From the NCBI GenBank assembly GCA_965214835.1, contig CBDCCK010000002.1, positions 1,632,001 through 1,696,000 on the forward strand: a stretch of 64,000 nucleotides of DNA, given 5' to 3'. The position numbers and the translations under genes are program-made. The notes beneath the pieces are model-generated. The model ran no database searches. It saw only the letters and a list, made by a program, of their open reading frames with translations, and was not told the origin of the DNA. This DNA comes from Nitrosopumilaceae archaeon (GTDB lineage: Archaea > Thermoproteota > Nitrososphaeria > Nitrososphaerales > Nitrosopumilaceae). Of the stretch, positions 18,773-27,830 are shown one piece after another. The first letter of the stretch is position 1. Each line of letters begins with the position of its first letter.

Positions 18773-19969
18773 ATGATCAACATCGGAATAGACGTTCATA
18801 AAAAGACGTGCGTAGCAACCATCAAGGACGATACTGCAAAGATTCTGGAACAGACGGAGTTTTCCAACACGGCCGACGGAATAAGAAAATTTGTCGGACG
18901 GATCAACGAGAAATATGCAGGACACGAGATCCGTGCAGTCTGTGAGGCAACGGGGAACTACTGGATCCTGCTGCATGACATGCTTGAGGATAAGCAAATA
19001 GACACACTGCTGGCGCATCCTGCCAAGACCCGGGCCATAGCGCAGGCAAGGCTAAAGGATGATAAAGTAGACTCGGAGGTACTGGCAGATCTGCTCAGGA
19101 TGGACATGGTGTACGAGTCGTTCGTGCCTGACAGGTACTATAGGGACCTGCGCGGCCTCTCAAGGGCCAGGATCGACGCAGTACGCCTGGGAACAGCCGA
19201 AAAGAACAAGATAACTGGTATGTGGTCACGTCCCCCTGCTGGCTAGGCGTGAAAATCATAGTCATAAATGCCAACTCGTGCCTGATTGGCAGGGGTAGGT
19301 GACCTCGTACGATAACTGCAATACTTGCAAAGTATGCGGCAAGGCCGCCCACCAAGGGCAAGTTTACCGTACAGGGAATCCAATGGATGCATGAGCTCTG
19401 CAGGGATGACGGGGACTGACATCTCGGAGATGGATAAAATGATGATAGGCACGGGACTGGACAGGATTGAAGTGACGCAGCAGCAGGCAGCAGGATTTGA
19501 GCGCAAGATTGCAACCATCTGCAGAGACGATCCCGGAACCAAGCTCCTGATGACGGTTCCCGGAATAAGCCACGTGATCGCACTTGCCATAATATCTGAA
19601 ATAGTAAACATACAAAGATTTCCCACCACAGAAAAGCTTGCATCATACGCGGGCCTGATATCGTCACACCGCAACAGCGGCGAGACCGTACGGGGAGGAT
19701 CAATAACCAAGACCGGCTCTGCATGGCTGCGATACGCCATTGTCAACGCAGCTACCGTAGCGGTGCAGCACGATAGCAGGATGGGTGAAAGGTACAGTAG
19801 AATAGCCAAGCACAGGGGAAGGCAAAAGGCCAAGGTGGCCGTGGCCAGAACGCTTGCAAAGGTGATCTGGCACATGCTGACCAATGAAACGGAATACCGC
19901 ACGCAGAACAAGGAGCTCACGCAGAGAAAGTATAAAGCGATGGAATGCCTAGTGAATGCGTCTGACTGA
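18773..19969 (+). pseudogene. IS110 DEDD recombinase disrupted by MITE B and a further frameshift
   Basis: GIDVHK, CEATG, KDDKVDS, TVPGI, YAGL..SHRNSG, KVAVARTL. Confidence 0.9.
19218..19310 (+). mobile_element. MITE B, 93 bp, TSD GATAACTG
   Basis: GATAACTG at 19210-19217 and 19311-19318. Confidence 0.95.
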
Positions 19970-20020
19970 AAAACGCACACTCGCAGTGGCCCGTGCAGGG
20001 AATCAGCACCGTTTGATATG

Positions 20021-20445
20021 GGGGTCACCTACCCCCTAGATTATCTTGGCCACCTCGACCATTATGGACTTGCCCTGCATCCTCCACGTCGACGTGCATG
20101 TCGTGAACCATCCGTGCCTTTCCATCCAGACCAGGCCGCCCTTGATCTGGCCGCTTATCTTGCGGTACAGCACGACGGGACGCAGCGCCCGCTCTGCATA
20201 TCCATTACGAGGATGCAGAATACAGACTAGCCAGCGGTACAACACGACGGGGGCGAGTTCTCGTTCTCGTAGTACCTGAGCCTGCCGCCCTGCTCCCCGA
20301 TGGTCTTGTCCTTTTCATTGATGGTCTTGTTTAGCTGATCAATGGTCTTGTCACGCTCCTTGAGATCCTTCCTCAGACTCATCGTCTCCGAGGTTAATGC
20401 TGCAGATGCCTCGATCTTGCGATGTGTGGGGGGTTGGCCCTTCAT
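20021..20445 (-). pseudogene. Internally deleted IS66 (single-ORF type) remnant with right TIR
   Basis: Coiled coil plus YENENSPPS fused to N.YAERALRPVVLYRKISG..TWRMQG; end GGGGTCACCTACCCC resembles the MITE B end. Confidence 0.75.
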
Positions 20446-20479
20446 AATGCCTAGTCTACGCGATCATAGTATAAGGATC

Positions 20480-20572
20480 GTACGAGGTCACCTACCCCTA
20501 TCAATCAGGCACGAATTGGCATGTAGGGTTATGATTTTCACGCCTGGCCAGCAGGGGGAAGTGACCACATAC
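20480..20572 (-). mobile_element. MITE B, 93 bp
   Basis: GTACGAGGTCAC...GTGACCACATAC. Confidence 0.92.
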
Positions 20573-20580
20573 CATGGAAT

Positions 20581-21015
20581 TGGTGTGGGATCCGAATAGT
20601 TCACCCCCCATCTGACATGATACTCCTCCCCAGTCTGCCCATCTATGACCGTTTCGCCCGCAGGAGGCATCTTGCGCTCATATGCCTGCGCCAGCGTCTC
20701 CTGGTTCTCCCGGTCAAGGGACATGTGGGGCCTGTCGTAGTTGTACCATTTCGTGAACAGATCCACGGGATCGCTTGTTCTCATCATTATATCCTCAAAC
20801 TCGTGCAGCTTGCGCTGTATCTTGCCGTGCAGCCTCTCTACCTTGCCGTTTGTCTGCGGGTGGCGCACCCCGGCAAGAACCTGCCGTATGCCTAGGGCCT
20901 CCAGGCTGATCATTCCGACCAGCCTTGCGCCCTCCTCGGTAACCGGCAAGAACCTGCCGTATGCCTAGGGCCTCCAGGCTCTCCTCGAACCTGCTGCACC
21001 CCTTCCTTGCACCAT
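20581..21015 (-). pseudogene. IS481-like integrase-core remnant
   Basis: RHPQTNGKVERLH, WYNYDRPHMSL. Confidence 0.8.
20870..20980. repeat. 38-bp perfect direct repeat around a 35-bp insert
   Basis: CCGGCAAGAACCTGCCGTATGCCTAGGGCCTCCAGGCT at 20870-20907 and 20943-20980. Confidence 0.9.
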
Positions 21016-21698
21016 GCTTGCACATCAAGAGGAAGTTCGACGTGCAATACAGCAAGAGCGGCACGCGGCTACTGGCACGCAATCTTGGGTTCTCTTGGAA
21101 AAAGCCGAGGCCTAGGAACCCAAAGGCCGCCTCAAAGCACAGGCAGAACGAGTTCAAGGAGGCGGCGCAGAAGTTGATACGGGAAAAGACGGCGCAGGGT
21201 TACACGGTGCTGGCAGAGGACGAGTCCTCCGTCCAAAAGACCTCAGACAGCCCCAAACACGGGTGGGTCAGTCGCGGCATGAGCGTCACGGCGCCCCTGT
21301 CGCTGTCACGGCAGCGCCGGTACATGTTCAGCGTGCTGGCAGTCGGCACGTTCTACTTTATGCTCTATGGCAAGATCAACACCGGCAGCTTTTGCGACTT
21401 TTTAGAACGGGTGCACCAGAGGTACGGCAAGGTGCTGATATTCCTAGACAATGCGTCATACCACAAGTCCGGTGGCGTAAAGGAGACGCTGGAAAAGTAC
21501 GATGGCGAGATAATGCTAGAGTACCTGCTTCCGTACACGCCGGAGCTCAACCCAGTCGAGATACCGTACAGGGAGATAAAGCAGAGGCTGTCTGTCCGGA
21601 TATTTGACACGCTTGATGACATGGAGCGGTCAGTGCGAAGGCTGTTTGCCAAGTGCGAACTCCTTCCGATAAAGCTGTTCCAATACCTGATGGGCTGA
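21015..21698 (+). pseudogene. 5'-truncated IS630-family transposase
   Basis: LGFSWKKPRP, AEDES, LDNASYH, PYTPELNPVE. Confidence 0.85.
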
Positions 21699-22001
21699 CC
21701 GCAGCAGCCTGTCGCGTTCTCCCCTGTGGGTCCCCCCCTGTACGCCTTGCGGAGGTGTGGATGCCTTGCATGGCAGGAATTTACCCTTTGATGCTACGAA
21801 TTCTGTCTGTTTTCTAGTGCATGTGAGTATGGTCTGCCTGATCTTAGATCTTTGGGCCAAAAACAGCTGTCAAAACAATCCGTTTTTTTATGTGTTGACT
21901 ACAGGGTACGGCTATACAAAGGGATTACAGAGGCGCCTGCCGTCTAGTCAAAACCGCACTCCAGACATTATCCGGGCGGGTCGACTGCGGGAGCGGCGCG
22001 A

Positions 22002-22307
22002 CTAGTCGCTAGGGCAGGTAAGCTCCCGCAGCTCGGCGTATTTTTTCTCCATTGCCTCGGCATGGACGGCCACCTGATCTAGGACAAAGCTGGACTTTGG
22101 GAAGAACCACCGGATCGCCACCCAGTGGCCGATTCCGTCCGCGTCATGGATCATGCCCTTGTCGGCATCGACGGCAAGCCTCTCGTCTACGGAGCGCTCA
22201 CGGACTTTGAGGCCCCTTTTGGTTCTGTCCTCAAGCACCAGATCGGTGTCGGACTCTTTGACATAGTAGAAACTGCCACTTTTTAGAATTGGAAGATCCA
22301 GCGACAA
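22002..22307 (-). CDS. Hypothetical protein downstream of the sulfurtransferase
   Basis: 101-aa ORF starting immediately after the rhodanese stop. Confidence 0.75.
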   Translation of the reverse strand: MSLDLPILKSGSFYYVKESDTDLVLEDRTKRGLKVRERSVDERLAVDADKGMIHDADGIGHWVAIRWFFPKSSFVLDQVAVHAEAMEKKYAELRELTCPSD

Positions 22308-22308
22308 C

Positions 22309-23154
22309 TTACCTTTCTACGGGGTTGCCAATCATGTTGCCCCACTCGGTCCAAGAACCGTCATAGTTTCGAACCCTCGGGTATCCCAGGAGGTACTTTA
22401 GGACAAACCAAGAGTGGGACGACCTCTCGCCGATTCTGCAGTAGCAGATGACATCCTTGTCTGCTGTGACTCCCTTTGGCTCATAGTTTTGCCTCAGCTC
22501 CTCTACACCCTTGAACGTGCCATCTGCATCATTGACTGCGGTGGCCCACGGGATGTTGTTGGCGCCGGGGATGTGTCCTCCCCGCTGTGCGTGCTCCGTC
22601 GGATACTCTGGAGGGGCGGTGATCGAGCCGGTGAACTCTGCAGGGGATCTTACATCCACCATCACGGTATCGTCTTTTTCCAGTGCGCGCCTTGCATCGG
22701 CCAGATATGCACGAAGCCCCTCGTCTGGGGGCTGCGCCCGGTATTGTGAGGCCGGAATCTGCGGCTCCTCGGTCGTATACTCTTTATTTTCAAGCTCCCA
22801 TTTTTTTCTGCCGCCGTTCATAATCTTGATATTTTCATGCCCATAGTACTTGAAGACCCAAAAGACAAACGCGGCAAACCAGTTGTTAAAGTCCCCGTAA
22901 AGAACCACCTCGGTGTCGGGGGTAATCCCGTTTTTAGACATCAGTTTCTCAAACTGCCTTTTGCCTATGATGTCCCTGGTTACAGGGTCGTTGATGTCGC
23001 GCTTCCACCAGATCAGGCTTGCTCCCCTGATGTGGCCCCTGCGATATCCGTTTTCGGGGTCATAGTCGACCTCCACCATCCTCCTGTTATCGCCGGGGGG
23101 GTTCTGAGACACCCACTCGGTATCGACTAGTACCTCCGGATGTGCATAACTCAT
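22309..23154 (-). CDS. Tandem-rhodanese sulfurtransferase
   Basis: MSYAHPEVLV, GHIPGA, YCRIGERSS, YDGSWTEW; true start ATG at 23154. Confidence 0.95.
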   Translation of the reverse strand: MSYAHPEVLVDTEWVSQNPPGDNRRMVEVDYDPENGYRRGHIRGASLIWWKRDINDPVTRDIIGKRQFEKLMSKNGITPDTEVVLYGDFNNWFAAFVFWVFKYYGHENIKIMNGGRKKWELENKEYTTEEPQIPASQYRAQPPDEGLRAYLADARRALEKDDTVMVDVRSPAEFTGSITAPPEYPTEHAQRGGHIPGANNIPWATAVNDADGTFKGVEELRQNYEPKGVTADKDVICYCRIGERSSHSWFVLKYLLGYPRVRNYDGSWTEWGNMIGNPVER

Positions 23155-23198
23155 GCATACCAGATTTTCATTTCTATACTTAATTGTTTTTACAGGCA

Positions 23199-23381
23199 CA
23201 GCTAAGTGAAAAGTACCCAGGATGAAATCAACAGGAAGCTGAAACAGCGCTATAAAATCCTGGCATGTCCTGTACCCCAGCGTGGTGATGCCTGCAGCAT
23301 GTATGGAGGGCATGACGGCTTATCTCAGGGAGCCCAAACCCCCTCCATGACGTCAGATCCGGGATACTTTTCACTTGGCTG
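23199..23381. mobile_element. MITE family E (ISH3/IS4-like CAG ends), 183 bp, 5-bp TSD AGGCA
   Basis: CAGCTAAGTGAAAAGTA...TACTTTTCACTTGGCTG; AGGCA at 23194 and 23382. Confidence 0.9.
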
Positions 23382-23432
23382 AGGCAATGGCAAAAATATG
23401 ATTTTTATGCCAAGGGAGAGTAGGAAAAACGC

Positions 23433-24248
23433 TTGAAATTAGGCAGGGTTGCAATAGTAAGCAAGGTAGGCTCCAAAGAGTCCGAAGAGGCCGCAGTAAG
23501 CGTTGCCAAGAAATTCCTAAAAAACAGGAGCAGGGTCTTTACGATATCCCCGGTTTCAGTCACGGGGGCCAGCAGGGTAGACTCCCTGGACGAGCTCAAA
23601 AAGGAAAAACTGGATCTTGCAGTCACGCTCGGCGGAGACGGGACCACGCTTAGGACGTTCAGACAGCTGGAAAACGACACGCCGATTCTTACGATCAACG
23701 TGGGCGGAAACAGGGGGATTCTGGCAGAGATCACGCTAGACGAGATCGACTCGGCAATAAGGCAGATCAAGGCCGGAAAGATAATACTAGAGAAAAGAAC
23801 CCGCGTCGCGGCCTCATGCAACGGCAAGGAGTTTCCCCCCGCACTAAATGAGATCTATATCAGCAGGCAGAACATGACAAAGACCTCAGAAATCGAGATC
23901 AAGTTCCAAAACGATACGGTGAGGCAGAAAATGGACGGGGTGATCATCTCCACCCCCAGCGGCTCGACGGGGCACTCGTTCTCACTCGGGGGGCCGATAC
24001 TGCACGAGAGTCTTGACGTGCTCATAATCACGCCCGTCGCCCCGGTATACAGGCTGGCATCGCTTGTTGTGCCCGACGAAAAAATCGAGATCCAGTGCTC
24101 CCACGACAGCAACATCGTAATGGATGCGCAGGTAGTAAAGTCGGCAGGCTTTGAGGACGGCATTACAATCAAAAAGTACAAGAGGCCGGCAGTCTTTGTC
24201 CGGCTAAAAAAGCGGGGACTGAGGCAGATGAGCAAGCTTGGATTCTAA
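23433..24248 (+). CDS. nadK: NAD(+) kinase
   Basis: LGGDGT, ALNE, DGVIISTPSGSTGHSFSLGGP. Confidence 0.95.
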   Translation: MKLGRVAIVSKVGSKESEEAAVSVAKKFLKNRSRVFTISPVSVTGASRVDSLDELKKEKLDLAVTLGGDGTTLRTFRQLENDTPILTINVGGNRGILAEITLDEIDSAIRQIKAGKIILEKRTRVAASCNGKEFPPALNEIYISRQNMTKTSEIEIKFQNDTVRQKMDGVIISTPSGSTGHSFSLGGPILHESLDVLIITPVAPVYRLASLVVPDEKIEIQCSHDSNIVMDAQVVKSAGFEDGITIKKYKRPAVFVRLKKRGLRQMSKLGF

Positions 24249-24720
24249 GGTTCTGGATGCCAGCGCGTTTTATGCGGGGGTTCCCTTCGGGGCAGACGAC
24301 AGATGGTATACGACCCCGCTGGTCTTCGAGGAGGTCAGCCACATCAAGAAAAACCAGGACGTATTGTACACGATGATCGAGGCAGGCAGGCTGCAGGTCA
24401 GGGAGCCCGGGGAGGAGTCAAGCGCCAGGGCGACAGAGGGCTCAAAGAGAACGGGGGACTTCCAGCAGCTGTCAAGGCAGGACATCTCGGTTCTGGCGCT
24501 GGCGCTGGAGATGGGAGCCCAGATAGTCACGGACGACTTTGCGGTCTCAAACGTGGCAAAATCGCTCGGGATTGCGGCCCTGCCCGTCATGACGGGCGGG
24601 ATCAGGTACGAGGGCACGTGGATTCACTACTGCCCGGGATGCAAAAGGAACTTCAGGAACCAAAAGGAATGCCCGCTGTGCGGCACAAGCCTGAGGCGAA
24701 AGCTAGTCAGGAAGGGCTAG
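24238..24720 (+). CDS. nob1: NOB1-family PIN endonuclease with Zn ribbon
   Basis: VLDASAF, LSRQD, TDDFAV, CPGC..CPLCG. Confidence 0.9.
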   Translation: MDSKVLDASAFYAGVPFGADDRWYTTPLVFEEVSHIKKNQDVLYTMIEAGRLQVREPGEESSARATEGSKRTGDFQQLSRQDISVLALALEMGAQIVTDDFAVSNVAKSLGIAALPVMTGGIRYEGTWIHYCPGCKRNFRNQKECPLCGTSLRRKLVRKG

Positions 24721-25400
24721 CCATGGAGGGTCTTTTGGCCCGATGCCTTGTAGTGCCTGCTTTTTGAGCCCAGCATCCTCTTGATTTTTTTTGCACGCTG
24801 GCCTCCCAGTCCCTCGACCTTGGCAAGATCGGCTGCCGTCGAGGTCATCACGCCCCTCGGGGTTCCGAACTTTTCCAGCAGCCTAACTGCCAGCTTCTCG
24901 CCGACGCCGGGAAGGCTGGCCAGAAGGGAGAGCTGCTGCTGCTGCAGGTCGGAGGATTTTTTTATCTTTTTGATAAAGGGCCCCCTTGCAGAGGCCCTCT
25001 TTGAGCACATCGAGACTAGGAGCTTTGCAGTGTGCGAGGCGCTAGGCGTCGGGACTATGGGTATCTTAAAGTCAAGCGCGACAGTTGAGACTGCGCCATA
25101 AAATATCAGGGAGTTCTCAGTCAGGTCTTCGATCTCCTCAACATTTCCCTCCATCAGGATTACCGGGTGCCCAAAGTGCTCCCTGAGCCTGCTGCACTGA
25201 TCAAACAGCCTGCCGTCAAACACGGAGGAGAGCAGGTCCCGGATGCTTTTTCGCTCCACCACGGTCTCCGGGCCCACGATATAATCGCCGACGGGGAGGG
25301 TTTTGATCTCCATGCGCAGGCCGACTGAGCGCAGCAGGTCAGGAATGCCGCTCTTCTTTTCACGCTCGTCTACAACAATGCGGAGATCCCTCAGGTTCAC
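24717..25400 (-). CDS. xpf: Short XPF/ERCC4 nuclease with HhH2
   Basis: IVVDERE, GDY..VERKS, LPGVG, VEGLG. Confidence 0.92.
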   Translation of the reverse strand: MNLRDLRIVVDEREKKSGIPDLLRSVGLRMEIKTLPVGDYIVGPETVVERKSIRDLLSSVFDGRLFDQCSRLREHFGHPVILMEGNVEEIEDLTENSLIFYGAVSTVALDFKIPIVPTPSASHTAKLLVSMCSKRASARGPFIKKIKKSSDLQQQQLSLLASLPGVGEKLAVRLLEKFGTPRGVMTSTAADLAKVEGLGGQRAKKIKRMLGSKSRHYKASGQKTLHG

Positions 25401-25439
25401 AATTAGGCCTGCTCTTGTCTGCTAATATCTTGTTTGCGC

Positions 25440-25820
25440 CTAGTCCTTGGGCTGGTGCTGGCCCTGGTTTGCGGCACTGCCCATCATCTCCTTGAGCTTG
25501 GCCTCGTACCCGCGCAGGCTTTCTTGCACCCTGGCCTCCTGCTTTTGCAGGACGGTCGTCCTGGTCTTTGCCAGCTCCTTTTTCTCCTCCAATTCGGAGA
25601 CAAGGGAGTCCCTTGTGGATCTTATCAGGACGGAGCCTGCATGCTTGTATACTGCGTCCCCGTCCCCGGCTTTTTTCAGCTCTTCTAGGGCCTTGTCGGT
25701 CTCGATCCTCTCGATTTCAAGCTGCTGCTTTTGGGCCATGATTGACTGCATGTTCTGCTGGGCCTGCTGAAGCCTCATCAGCTGCTCTTGCACCTGCGGC
25801 GGAAGCTGCGGGGTCGACAT
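25440..25820 (-). CDS. pfdB: Prefoldin beta subunit
   Basis: Coiled coils around VYKHAGSVLI. Confidence 0.93.
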   Translation of the reverse strand: MSTPQLPPQVQEQLMRLQQAQQNMQSIMAQKQQLEIERIETDKALEELKKAGDGDAVYKHAGSVLIRSTRDSLVSELEEKKELAKTRTTVLQKQEARVQESLRGYEAKLKEMMGSAANQGQHQPKD

Positions 25821-25842
25821 GCTTCGTTCAGGCCAGGTTTTC

Positions 25843-26088
25843 TTATATCTTTACCGATTCGATGGTGTCATTGCACGCCTGAATCAGGCGGAGCGTGGAG
25901 TTCAGGTTGGCGCGCAGGTGCGGAAGGTGCTCGGACTCTATCTCTATGCACATGGTCTCGTGCAGGCTCATTTTGGTCCGGGTGGGATGTTCGGGATGGT
26001 ACTCGTTGTCTGTGCTCATCGAGTCAAAGATTGCCTTTGTATTGTCCCCGGCATCAACTGTGATCTTTGCATCAAACCTTGACGTCAT
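25843..26088 (-). CDS. pcc1: KEOPS subunit Pcc1
   Basis: LRANLNSTLRLI; position in the exosome superoperon. Confidence 0.85.
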   Translation of the reverse strand: MTSRFDAKITVDAGDNTKAIFDSMSTDNEYHPEHPTRTKMSLHETMCIEIESEHLPHLRANLNSTLRLIQACNDTIESVKI

Positions 26089-26281
26089 ATGCCGTTCCAG
26101 CTATCTTAAAGCCGCACTTTTTGCAGGAAAATATCCCAATAACATCGCGGCCAAAGGACTTGGAGCCGCATTCCGGACAGGTGCGTTCTGCCTTTAGGGT
26201 CCTGTGAACCTTGGTGTACTGCTTCCGGATTTTGATTCCGTACCTGGCGCCTAGGCCCTTGAGTGATTTCTTTTTTGCCAT
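26072..26281 (-). CDS. rpl37ae: 50S ribosomal protein eL43 (L37ae)
   Basis: GARYG..IRK, CPECG, CKKCG..AGTAY. Confidence 0.93.
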   Translation of the reverse strand: MAKKKSLKGLGARYGIKIRKQYTKVHRTLKAERTCPECGSKSFGRDVIGIFSCKKCGFKIAGTAYDVKV

Positions 26282-26286
26282 TCCGG

Positions 26287-27093
26287 TCACTTGACCTGCT
26301 TGATGGTTTCCCTTACCTTCTTGCCTGCCTCAACTGCAATCCTGCCGGCCTTTTTGACATCCTCGAGGGTAAGCCCGTCATGACCGCCCTTTTGCAGGGC
26401 GCAGATGTTGCCCTCAGAGTCGGTGGTAATCGTGATTCGGGCGTCCATGCAGTCCCACTCATCGGCGTTTGGATCCACTATGAGGTGCCCCCCAATTTTT
26501 GCCATGGTGATTGAAACTGGGACGGTCGTCGTCGGAACGTCCTGGCTGACCCCCTCCACAAGGGTCGGCACGCCGTCCCTCATCTCCCATTTCGGGGACT
26601 TTGCAGTCAAAAGGGCCGCAGTTGTCGCATAAGAGCAGGCATCAAAGAGATTCCCGTCGTAATCCACTACGGTGTTGTCGGCAAACACGCCGACCACGGA
26701 GACGTCCTTTTCAATTACCAGCTGCGATGTGTCTACCATGTGGGACTCTCTGATGCCCCTGTCCACTACTCTGGCCAGCTCGATTACTGCCTCGCCGGGT
26801 GGGCCGGTCTCTACGCTTGGATGTGACAGGGGCAGCAGCTCTGCGGTACATATGAAGACGCCCTTGTCACCCATGTCTGGAAACGGCTTGTCCGGCTGGA
26901 TTTTTACTCCACAGATGACCTCAGAATCGCCCAGCCTGACCCTTGCCGAGCCCTCCGCCTTTGGAATGACGTTTGCCTCAATCACAATCGCACGCATTTC
27001 ATCTAGTGCGCGTCCGTCAGCCCTCTGGCCCTTTTCCAGCAGATCCATGATACGCTGTCTTTTCAGGTCGTCGATGACAGGTGAGGATGTCAT
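26287..27093 (-). CDS. rrp42: Exosome subunit Rrp42
   Basis: RADGR, AEGSA, IELARVVDRGIRES, DGNLFDA. Confidence 0.95.
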   Translation of the reverse strand: MTSSPVIDDLKRQRIMDLLEKGQRADGRALDEMRAIVIEANVIPKAEGSARVRLGDSEVICGVKIQPDKPFPDMGDKGVFICTAELLPLSHPSVETGPPGEAVIELARVVDRGIRESHMVDTSQLVIEKDVSVVGVFADNTVVDYDGNLFDACSYATTAALLTAKSPKWEMRDGVPTLVEGVSQDVPTTTVPVSITMAKIGGHLIVDPNADEWDCMDARITITTDSEGNICALQKGGHDGLTLEDVKKAGRIAVEAGKKVRETIKQVK

Positions 27094-27830
27094 TGCGAGC
27101 CCTCACCGTTTGTAAAGAACCTGTCACGCAGTGCCTTTTTTTGTATTTCATAGACCTGCAGGCAGCCGTCAATTGCGGTCTCTATGCACTTTTCATATTC
27201 TGCGGGGCCAAGAACGCCGTCAAGCTGCATCAGGGTGATTTTTCCCAGGTTCGGCATATATCCCACCGGCATGTCTGCCTGACCTGCCTGATCCTCTTCG
27301 TTGTTTACATCCAAAACAATGGTATCTGCAACCTTTCCTGCCGCACACGCGCAGACCATGTCGCGCATGGGAATTCCGGCGTCTGCCAGCGCCACTGCCG
27401 CCGCATCTAGGGCCGCGCAGCGCGAGCCGCCGTCGGCCTGCAGGACCTCTATGTAGACGTCAACTGCAGTACGTGGGAACTTGTCTAGCATGACTGCAGG
27501 CGCCAAGGCCTCCTTGATGACCTTGGAGATTTCGATCTCCCTGCGCGAGGGGGCCGGGTTCTTTCTTTCAGTGACCGAGAACGGCTCCATGTGATACCTG
27601 CATCTGAGGATTCCGGTGTCGGTGTTTGCCATGTGTTTTGGATGCACGTCGCGCGGGCCAAACACCCCCGCCAGGATTTTGTTGTCGCCAAACTCAATGT
27701 ATGCAGAGCCGTCTGCATTTTTCAAGACGCCTGCCTTGATTGTAACCCTTCTTGGCTCGCCTACCTTGCGTCCATCACAGCGAATTCCATTCTCATCTAA
27801 TAGCACTACGTCTGTGTCTCGTCCACCCAC
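27090..27830 (-). CDS. rrp41: Exosome subunit Rrp41
   Basis: ADGSAYIE, PSRREIEISKVI, QADGGSR. Confidence 0.96.
   Translation of the reverse strand: MGGRDTDVVLLDENGIRCDGRKVGEPRRVTIKAGVLKNADGSAYIEFGDNKILAGVFGPRDVHPKHMANTDTGILRCRYHMEPFSVTERKNPAPSRREIEISKVIKEALAPAVMLDKFPRTAVDVYIEVLQADGGSRCAALDAAAVALADAGIPMRDMVCACAAGKVADTIVLDVNNEEDQAGQADMPVGYMPNLGKITLMQLDGVLGPAEYEKCIETAIDGCLQVYEIQKKALRDRFFTNGEGSQ

Larger units (their letters stand above)
18570..20020 (+). mobile_element. IS110-family element bounded by TATG at both ends
   Basis: TATG at 18570 and 20017; no TIR; similarity to the 49371 copy begins at GTATGAGAC. Confidence 0.75.
15693..20572. mobile_element. Putative MITE-B-bounded composite transposon, 4880 bp
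   Basis: Same-orientation MITE B copies at 15693-15785 and 20480-20572; CATGGAAT at 15685-15692 and 20573-20580. Confidence 0.7.

Noticed and set aside
20870-20980. True CRISPR array
   Set aside because: Only two repeats, which are transposase coding sequence; no leader or cas genes. Kept only as an insertion footprint.
23155-23313. N-terminal extension of the rhodanese in the ORF track
   Set aside because: The extension runs through MITE E; the conserved start is ATG 23154.
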